A stretch of 64,000 nucleotides of DNA. Source: Setoptus koraiensis. Taxonomy: Eukaryota; Animalia; Arthropoda. This document shows, piece by piece, positions 48,035-55,817 of this stretch (its first letter is position 1; each line of letters starts with the position of its first letter). Both the position numbers and the translations under genes were made by a program. The notes under the pieces are model-generated. The model was not told where the DNA came from. It was given only the letters and a program-made list of their open reading frames with translations, and did not search any database. The stretch covers positions 7,316,001 to 7,380,000 of the forward strand of contig CM106586.1 in NCBI GenBank assembly GCA_048013815.1. Direction: 5' to 3'.

Positions 48035-49814
48035 ATGAGCTACACCGGACCAGAAGAAGAGGCTACTGTAGCCGGCGAAGATGGACGCCCTAGAGATATG
48101 GACCCCGATGGTACAATTGTGTCAAATTGGCATGAGGTAGTCAATAGCTTCGATGACATGAACCTAAAAGAACCGCTACTCCGTGGTGTTTACGCTTACG
48201 GTTTCGAGAGACCATCGGCTATCCAGCAGCGTGCGATTAACCCTTGCATCAAAGGTTAGTTTTTGACCGCCGGACATCAAGTCTTCATTTTACCTATACA
48301 TCAAGAACTTAGCCCAATTTAGCCTAAGCTAATTCTTCTTTTTTACATCATCATCTCAACATACAGGCAATGATGTCATAGCGCAAGCTCAATCTGGTAC
48401 AGGAAAAACGGCAACATTCTCAATTGCTGTTCTTCAGAACATCGACACGAAAATAAGCCAGTGCCAAGCTCTTATATTGGCCCCTACTCGTGAATTGGCC
48501 CAACAGGTAAGATCCTAACAGATGTTTTCGGCCATCTCATACTCCTTCTGTCAAACGAAGGCGTGTCCGCATAGCCATGCTGGTTTTACGCATGCGTCTC
48601 CATTGAACCGTCGGAAGGGCGCGCACATGTTTCAAACCTAAAAGCAGCGTATGCTGCCTCAACTATTGGCATACTAAAATATTCCAATTCTTAATTTTTC
48701 ATACAGATCCAAAAGGTCGTCCTTGCATTAGGCGACTATCTAGGAGCCCAGTGTCATGCCTGCATCGGAGGTACCAAAGTTCAACATGACATTGATAAGC
48801 TTGCATTGGGTGTCCACATCGTTGTCGGTACACCAGGTAGAGTTTACGATATGATCCAGCGTAAAGTATTAAATCCTGCATATATCAAAATGTTTGTCCT
48901 CGACGAGGCAGATGAAATGTTATCACGTGGATTTAAGGATCAAATCTATGACGTGTTCAAGAACTTGCAAAACGATATTCAAGTCATCCTGTTATCGGCC
49001 ACCATGCCCGTTGAAGTACTTGAAGTCACCAAAAAATTTATGAGGGAACCCGTCCGAATTCTTGTTAAGAAGGAGGAACTCACTCTAGAGGGTATAAAAC
49101 AGTTCTACATCTTGATATCGCAAGAGGAGTGGAAATTCGACACACTTTGCGATTTATATGAAACCCTAACAATCACGCAAGCCGTCATCTTTTGTAATAC
49201 TAGAAGGAAAGTCGACTGGTTGGCGAAGCAGATGGAGATGAAGGACTTCACAGTGTCATCTATGGTAAGTAATTCGATATCTTTCGATCTCCACTTAAAA
49301 GCACTCACTATGAAACCTTTTCAATGGTTGTGTTGAGTCGTCGCAGTAGGAGTAAATAATATAGACTGCGTACCTGTGGGTGAGGAGAACTAAGACAATT
49401 CGGTGACTCCTCAAGGGTATGCTATACATTCCTTATGTAAATGATTTCATATCCGTCTAACGCTTTCACTTTTCATTCAAACTCCAAATCAAATCGCAGC
49501 ATGGAGAGATGGATCAGAAAGCTCGTGATGTTATCATGAAAGAATTTCGCAGTGGATCAAGTCGTGTATTAATCACAACAGACCTATTGGCTCGTGGTAT
49601 AGACGTTCAACAGGTATCTTTGGTTATTAACTACGATTTACCCAACAACCGCGAAAATTACATACATCGTATTGGTCGTGGAGGTCGTTTCGGTAGGAAA
49701 GGAGCAGCAATCAATTTTGTAACAGAGGACGATAAGAGGGCCCTTCAAGATATTGAACATTTTTACAACACGGTAGTTGAGGAGATGCCGAGCAACGTTG
49801 CTGATTTATTGTAA
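48035..49814 (+). CDS. EIF4A: Eukaryotic initiation factor 4A (DEAD-box helicase), 410 aa; exons 48035-48254, 48367-48506, 48707-49264, 49500-49814
   Basis: Q motif ([27 protein letters not shown]), [33 protein letters not shown] and [13 protein letters not shown]. All three introns are GT-AG and join in frame to 1233 nt. A probable 5' UTR intron ends at ttcag 48023, with a candidate donor gtaagc at 47664. Confidence 0.98.
48517..48630 (+). ncRNA. Candidate H/ACA snoRNA in eIF4A intron 2 (target not identified)
   Basis: H-box-like AAACGA at 48553-48558, then a hairpin closed by gcgtgtcc/gggcgcgc with an upper stem tggttt/gaaccg, ending in ACA (48625-48627). The 5' hairpin is unusually short. 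Confidence 0.35.
49289..49431 (+). ncRNA. SNORA21: H/ACA box snoRNA in eIF4A intron 3, double guide for two 28S rRNA PTC uridines (SNORA21/ACA21, snR10-type)
   Basis: Hairpin 1: stem ctccact/agtaggag, pockets AAAAGC (49297-302) and CGTCGC (49339-44), upper stem actca/tgagt, H box AAATAA (49354-59) 15 nt from the pocket; matches 28S GCGACG-U-C-GCUUUU. Hairpin 2: stem gcgtacc/ggtatgc, pockets GTGGGTG (49376-82) and CAA (49412-14), upper stem aggag/ctcct, ACA (49426-28) 14 nt from the pocket; matches 28S GAUUG-U-U-CACCCAC. The rRNA sequences and SNORA21 name are from recall. Confidence 0.85.
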
Positions 49815-50208
49815 TAGTGCGGATCATTAGGCATTTTTCAAATAATTCATATAAAGTATAGGAAGCGGGTACAGACTAGGCGCTTCCTGAAGGTACATAA
49901 AGAACTCATTTGAATCTGTCTAGGAGACATACAACAGACACCAATCATCTAACTAGCGAATATAGGAACCAAAATTAGTATTCAAAAAGTTACCACCATC
50001 TTGGGCAGTTCTCACGATTCGCAGTATTGTCTCCCATTGTTTCTGGATCATCCTACGAATCCAAACATTGTAACGATATTCAATATATATTGCTACAACA
50101 GAATAACAATAATTCCCTCTAAATTAAAGTTGATTGGTATCATCTTTTTTTATTCTATAACTATCACGTTCTCTGCTGTTTTTTTGATTTTACATGTGTT
50201 CTTCTATA

Positions 50209-50952
50209 TCAACCCGCCTTAATCAACAACCCTTTACCGGGAATGAGCTTCTCCGCTAAATAGTTGATTGCTAGCCTGTACTCTACTCCTTTACTATCAT
50301 CGAAGTCACAGTTTAGTAGGAGACTAATACACTTCGTCCAATAATGTCTGATGTGATACTTGGATGAACCAAAAGTAGCAACAACTGAAGGAGGTGTCTG
50401 AGAAGTTGCTAGGAGGGCGAAGAATTTCTCCAGAAATTGTACACCCAGCTGGAGGCACTTACTTTCGATGATCTCTCTTGGCGTGGCATTTGCATCGGTA
50501 TTGGCGGACGAAACTAAATCAGTTCTGTTGGTTGATGCAAATTTGATTTCGTAACAAACCTCAATGATCGAAATGAAGAAATCAAGCCATACCGGATTTG
50601 GCTTGTCGGAAATCTGTGATAGGAATCCTTCCTGTTCTAAACGCAGATACTCATTGAGCCTGAGAAGAATGTCGACTTTGTAAACTATGTCGTTAAGCGG
50701 CTGCACAAGATTTGGGATTTTTTTGTCCTTCAAATCAATATCATCGACCAAGTTGAGTCTACCAATAATGCGCTCTAGCGGCAAGCTTGTTAGAGTAGAC
50801 GAGTTCTCGAGTCCAATCTGGTGAAGCCTATTGAAGAGATGGTTGAAGTAATCGCCAGCGTCCAATCTGTCGACATCACAGAGGTCGCACGTGAATATCC
50901 GAGACTCTCTAATGACCATTTTGTAACAAAAGTAGTAAGGAACTGAGTTCAA
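50209..50952 (-). CDS. Uncharacterised protein, about 236-247 aa, with one N-terminal C2H2 (matrin/U1-like) zinc finger
   Basis: FTCDLCDVDRLDAGDYFNHLFNRLH (C-X2-C-X12-H-X5-H), then a complex helical-looking sequence; a long ORF in AT-rich DNA. Confidence 0.7.
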   Translation of the reverse strand: MNSVPYYFCYKMVIRESRIFTCDLCDVDRLDAGDYFNHLFNRLHQIGLENSSTLTSLPLERIIGRLNLVDDIDLKDKKIPNLVQPLNDIVYKVDILLRLNEYLRLEQEGFLSQISDKPNPVWLDFFISIIEVCYEIKFASTNRTDLVSSANTDANATPREIIESKCLQLGVQFLEKFFALLATSQTPPSVVATFGSSKYHIRHYWTKCISLLLNCDFDDSKGVEYRLAINYLAEKLIPGKGLLIKAG

Positions 50953-51210
50953 TGGTCGGAAAAAGAAGTCAAATCTCTTCTAATAATAAATTGTAAATGA
51001 ATATCTTGGTAACTTAGTCAGACTGTGTCGTCGTCAATGAATAACTCGCCTCTATCAGCGAACCACTGATTTCAAACCCAAAACCAGCGCGCAATTCGAT
51101 TTAGAAAAGTTGCACCAACTTAGTTACTAGTTGACAAGAACATGGTATTATAAATATTAAACTATTTAATTATCAACAATACAAACTGTAACAAAAAGAT
51201 AACCAATATA

Positions 51211-54033
51211 TCAACTAGAGTGAACCGTAATCGAATTCGTTATCAAGTTTCCTTTCACAATTATTCTGTCGATCAAATTATGTTTCATCTTGAATTGCAT
51301 GGATTTGAGTTCCGGATATGAAGTGGCTCTTCCATCGGTGATAACTGTGCTCTGATTAGATATTATGACTGATATTACTGTTAGACCATCTTGGAAAACT
51401 ATATCATTGAAATGTGATTCCCACTGACCGCGTCCAGCTATCTTCACAGCATTTTGCTTGATATCAGCCAACCTATATCCGTTAACTAGACTGGGTTGAA
51501 CAGCTTGTTGGAAAATAACATCACCAAGGAAAGTTTTAGGCCCATAGATTACTTGATTTCTACTGACAGATAGAATTCTGTCTAGAAATTGCTGAAGAGG
51601 AACAGAGTTGATGCTTATTGCATCAATATCGCATCTGATCTGACTGTTGTCCAACAACAAATTGTTGAATTTTAGTAGCTTATGATCGTTAGGATATTGT
51701 TGTGGCGCAGGGCGTAAATGTATACGGAACATATCAAACTGAACTATGTCTATACCATTTATGGCCTCTCTAGAGTACACTCGATTACTTATGAGATTCT
51801 TACGGACATCTACCCTTCCTACAAATGTCACTTTGCCAGTTATGCGCGCATTAGAGTGTCGCGTTAGGATATTTGAAAAAGGTATTCCATTAATCATGGA
51901 ATTTGTTTGATTAAGCAAAATTAATTGATCACCTATCTTATATGAATTCATCCTTTGCTCAACAGGTAGACCATTGATTTTAAAATGCTCAGATAAAACC
52001 CTGAGTAAGGCCATGAACTCTTGCGACTGGTGAAAGATTGGAAAGTTTCTCGGTTGTATATGGTCATGGAGAATTAAATGGTTCGTATTAAACCCACCAG
52101 TTGCATAAATAGGGTGGTTCTCAAATATCAATCGAGTGTTTACATATTGAGGATATCTATCAAGTCTGACCATGCTATTCATCCAATTGGGCACATGATT
52201 AATTGATGAGAAACTGCATTCAGAGATTTCCACAGGGCCATTGAATGATATCCTACCAAGGATCGGTGAGTCTAGTCTTGTACTCTCGTGACGAGTCAAT
52301 AAATCATCGATCCTCATTCCATTCAGTAGGCCTTGCCTATTATCACTCCTTTTCAAGAAGAGCTCATTAACTGTCAATGGTGATTTCAATAACCTAATGC
52401 CGTTTAGTGAATTAACAAATGAAGACTTGGTGACCAAGCTAGCAGCAGTGTCCACCGATTGGTCTAGATCCAATCTGTCGAAATTTCTATTGTCACTGGA
52501 CAAGGTTATTGCAACGGAGTCGATACCATTTAGGAATAGTAATTTACTAGGCTCAGCATAGGTTGTTACTGGATCATCATTCAAAACAGTTATCACCTCA
52601 CTAGGCAACGATATAGAACTGACACGACCTTGGGTCGAAATTTGATTAAACTGAGGTGATTGTAGGAATCTCTTTTGGTGCCTTATAAAGATTGGACTGT
52701 TTGAATCCAGCAAGTGTCGGGAAATTATGTCATTGGGGATGGACAAACCATTTAGGCTATCAGCGTCAAGTTGATGGTCGATCGTTACAGATGGCATGTT
52801 GTGATGATAATTAGTCCCTCTGCTTGATGTGAAAACGCCGGGAACAATCGGATCGAAACTGATTAGCGATCTTATATTTGCCGGCCTGTCTAATCTTACA
52901 ATTGATTGATCAATAAAGCTTCCGAAATCTCCCACACCATTGGCTTGGAGAGCATCAAGGCCATACATAAATCGTGACGAACCTACTAATACTACAGGTT
53001 GTGATATATGTTGAATCGGCGATGATCTGTAGTTGCCATTCATAAGGTTGTGACCTAGTTCTAAGCTAATCCATTTTGATGAGCCGTAATGATTACCAAG
53101 CTCGAGCACATTCCCGCTCATAGACATCAAATTGATTATGTCAAATTGGCCTTTGAAGATGAAATCTTGGTTCAATCTTGTAATATTGCCGTTTACCATT
53201 CGTTTCGTAGGAATGAGGTTCGATTTTGTCACAGGATTCACAATATCCTGTGTAAGTCTCAATCGATGGGCCCCATTAATCATGGGCTCGTCAATTAGGT
53301 GGGCATTGTGTACCATTGGTGTGAAAATATTGTGGATTCTTGATGGTGCTCTCGATAAAATCAGTGGTGTTGCTAAGGTCTGGTTTTCGCGAGTGGTCAT
53401 CATTCTGTTCACACTCAGAGGGTATAGACGATTGCAACAACCAGAGCGCAAGATGTTGTCGAATGTCGACCGATCGAATATTTTTGTTCCTTCAAAATAG
53501 AGCCTATTCTGTCGGTCGTAACGCGCAATTGGTGAGCTATCAAAGAAAACTCGCTTTATAACAGGGTTGATGTCCATTGAATTGATTCTATTCAACTCAA
53601 TTGAATTCCGGGCTTCAACGGATTGAATCCATGTGGGGGCGGTAAAACGCTTCTCTCCATTGACTTTCCTAAACCTATTCTTGTAGATATAACTGTTGGT
53701 GTCACCAAGCTTTCTTGCAGCTTCATTGTTCAACTCAGACACACGATGTCGAAATTGATTCAAGTAAAGACGAGTGCTATTGACCATTTTCCAAGCGTCA
53801 GTGGGATCCATGAGAACTCCTCGATGTATGATAAGCTCATTGAAAGATATTGGTCCTGTAAGGACAATATTCCCGCCAGGCGGGACAGCGGAGTCTAATA
53901 TACTTTTGAGATATTGGTGTTCGCGCATATAATTTGCGAGGCGGTAGCCAATATCGACGCGCCAATGGTCGTAACTTCTTTGAGCCAGACATGCATCCAA
54001 AAGAACGCTCCATATAAGAAAAAATAAAAAAAT
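51211..54033 (-). CDS. Terminal 940-codon exon of a secreted beta-repeat protein resembling the arthropod Nasrat/Polehole/Closca eggshell family
   Basis: Acceptor tatccag| at 54034 with branch point CTAATC at 54060-55. The exon begins IFLFFLIWSVLLDACLA (signal-peptide core with no Met). Repeats include INGIPFSNILTRHSNARITGKVTF, LNGMRIDDLLTRH...ILGRISF and INSVPLQQFLDRILSVSRNQVIYGPKTF. The coding status is strong; the family call is tentative. Confidence 0.6.
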   Translation of the reverse strand: MFLFFLIWSVLLDACLAQRSYDHWRVDIGYRLANYMREHQYLKSILDSAVPPGGNIVLTGPISFNELIIHRGVLMDPTDAWKMVNSTRLYLNQFRHRVSELNNEAARKLGDTNSYIYKNRFRKVNGEKRFTAPTWIQSVEARNSIELNRINSMDINPVIKRVFFDSSPIARYDRQNRLYFEGTKIFDRSTFDNILRSGCCNRLYPLSVNRMMTTRENQTLATPLILSRAPSRIHNIFTPMVHNAHLIDEPMINGAHRLRLTQDIVNPVTKSNLIPTKRMVNGNITRLNQDFIFKGQFDIINLMSMSGNVLELGNHYGSSKWISLELGHNLMNGNYRSSPIQHISQPVVLVGSSRFMYGLDALQANGVGDFGSFIDQSIVRLDRPANIRSLISFDPIVPGVFTSSRGTNYHHNMPSVTIDHQLDADSLNGLSIPNDIISRHLLDSNSPIFIRHQKRFLQSPQFNQISTQGRVSSISLPSEVITVLNDDPVTTYAEPSKLLFLNGIDSVAITLSSDNRNFDRLDLDQSVDTAASLVTKSSFVNSLNGIRLLKSPLTVNELFLKRSDNRQGLLNGMRIDDLLTRHESTRLDSPILGRISFNGPVEISECSFSSINHVPNWMNSMVRLDRYPQYVNTRLIFENHPIYATGGFNTNHLILHDHIQPRNFPIFHQSQEFMALLRVLSEHFKINGLPVEQRMNSYKIGDQLILLNQTNSMINGIPFSNILTRHSNARITGKVTFVGRVDVRKNLISNRVYSREAINGIDIVQFDMFRIHLRPAPQQYPNDHKLLKFNNLLLDNSQIRCDIDAISINSVPLQQFLDRILSVSRNQVIYGPKTFLGDVIFQQAVQPSLVNGYRLADIKQNAVKIAGRGQWESHFNDIVFQDGLTVISVIISNQSTVITDGRATSYPELKSMQFKMKHNLIDRIIVKGNLITNSITVHSS

Positions 54034-54139
54034 CTGGATACAGAATAAATGAATGATTAGATAGTTGAATTTTTCAGCATGATGGTTTCAGTGTGAAGGT
54101 GGTTTCAGGCAGGGCAATGTGCCAAGATAATGGGCCGAG

Positions 54140-54780
54140 AACATGTGCGTCCAAAAACAGCATGGCCATGCGAATACGCCTCTGTTTGACAGCAAATGCG
54201 TGGAATATCTGTGAGTGGACTTACTTGTCGGGCCAATTCACGAGTAGGGGCCAATGTAAGAGCTTGGCACTGGCTTATTTTCGTGTCGATGTTCCGAAGA
54301 ACAACAGTTGAGAATGTTGCCGTTTTTCCTGTGCCAGATTGAGCTTGCGCTATAACATCTTTGCCTGTATGTTGAGATGATGATGTAAAAAAGAAGAATT
54401 AGCTTAGGCTAAGTTCTTGACGTATAGGTAAAATGAAGACTTGATGTCCGGCGGTCAAAAACTAACCTCTGATGCAAGGGTCAATCACACGCTTCTGGAT
54501 GGCTGGTGGGCGTCCATCTTGGCCGCCCCCGACCGCAGCCCGTTCCTCTGGTCCGGTGTAGCTCATGATTTATTAATCTGAATATATGTATATATATATG
54601 AATAATTGGTAATTGACTAACTAGAGTAACTAATATAAATATTTTAATTACTAAATATCACTGAAGTATTGGTGTTGGTGTGTCTTGGCCGTAATGGTCT
54701 AATCACGTTGTTGTGATTAAATTGTGCGTTCTGCGATTCGCTCATCAATGCGTGCATGTGTATGCAAGGATGTGTGCGCA
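54140..54780 (-). other. Inverted partial duplicate of eIF4A (5' flank, exon 1 at 54566-54467, intron 1, exon 2 at 54364-54225, start of intron 2); candidate 5' exons of a chimeric gene
   Basis: The reverse complement aligns to about 47821-48631. The exons encode [80 protein letters not shown] with no stop, and GT-AG sites are intact. Confidence 0.95.
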
Positions 54781-54906
54781 ACTTACGCAACACGAGTGCG
54801 CCGACGGGAGGGCGGGATTGTCGCAAACCGCAACTGTTTGCGCGCTCTACCCGCGCTACTGGACACTTTGTTCATATCGCAGCGTAGCGGGATTTGTGGA
54901 ACAAAG

Positions 54907-54988
54907 TTTATATGTGCCACCATGGTGGCACAATTCGTTTAGCAGATATTACTGGAGCTAGCTTTACGATTCAAAGCACGAGTATAAA
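54907..54988. promoter_or_regulatory. Candidate bidirectional core promoter: divergent TATAAA boxes flanking a perfect 20-bp palindrome
   Basis: TATAAA on the minus strand at 54912-54907, palindrome tgtgccaccatggtggcaca at 54913-54932, TATAAA on the plus strand at 54983-54988. It lies between divergently oriented genes. Confidence 0.4.
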
Positions 54989-55817
54989 CCGTTTCTAGCC
55001 GAACATTAACCCGAGAGAACAACGACAGAGACTTGTTGCACATGGCACATCCAGCCGGATCATATCATTTTCGCCCTGATCATTTTCGCCGCACAATGAT
55101 GCCTCGAAATGCTTTGGATCAGCCAGGGCGACTGGCACGAAGAACGCTTTCCACAGTTACCCAAGCCGATCGACAGAGGGTGCTGATGCTCGTCCGTTAT
55201 TGGTTTATGTGTGTACCGGTGCCAGCCTAATCTGCAGCCGCCCGTCGCGCGGCAGTAGCGATCCCCAACGCGAACATGGGACCAATGGACCGTGGGTCCC
55301 CCTCGCAAGTCTCAAACGTGGAGTGTGTCGATTCCAAGTTTTCCTCAATTCTATAACAGATCCGGGGGAAGGGGCGAGAGCGAAACTTGGGCTCGTTTCT
55401 GCGAGGCCCAGCAGCAACAACAAATCGAACATTGGCTCCATCTCTGGTTCGACGAATGAAAGAAGGGCAACGGGGAGATAATGTGGGGGAAACAGCACGA
55501 CAAGTTGTTTCGTCTGCGCACACAACTCTATGCCATAGACTCTATGGCATAGACTCTATGGTGTGTGTTATAATAAGTGTGTGCGCGCGCGTCGCGATAT
55601 GCGCACAAGTCATGCGTCGTTTGGGATGTTTAGTTTTTAATTTTTGTGCCAGTCGCAACTTGTCAAAACTTGATCAAATGCAACCCAAACTCGCTGTTTG
55701 TTACAACGATTCGCACATATAGAACAGTAAGCCACCAGTTTACACCACACAATTACCACACAAGCATACATCAAATCACAACACTTCTTTTTCTGGCAAG
55801 TTAGACCAATCAAGAAT

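Noticed and set aside
53998-54000. ORF-track start 'M' of the 929-aa ORF
   Set aside because: The codon is TTG (Leu) in the middle of the signal peptide; the frame is open back to a splice acceptor at 54034.
54377-54472. C-box-like ATGATGA ... D-box-like CTGA on the + strand of the duplicated intron 1
   Set aside because: It is antisense to the host transcript, the CTGA is absent in the parental copy, and there is no terminal stem or rRNA antisense element.
54787-54923. Upstream minus-strand ATGs (54923, 54875) as the native first coding exon of the beta-repeat gene
   Set aside because: Both reach the 54786 donor in phase 2, out of frame with the 54033 acceptor (phase 0) and with the eIF4A-derived ATG; at most a uORF.
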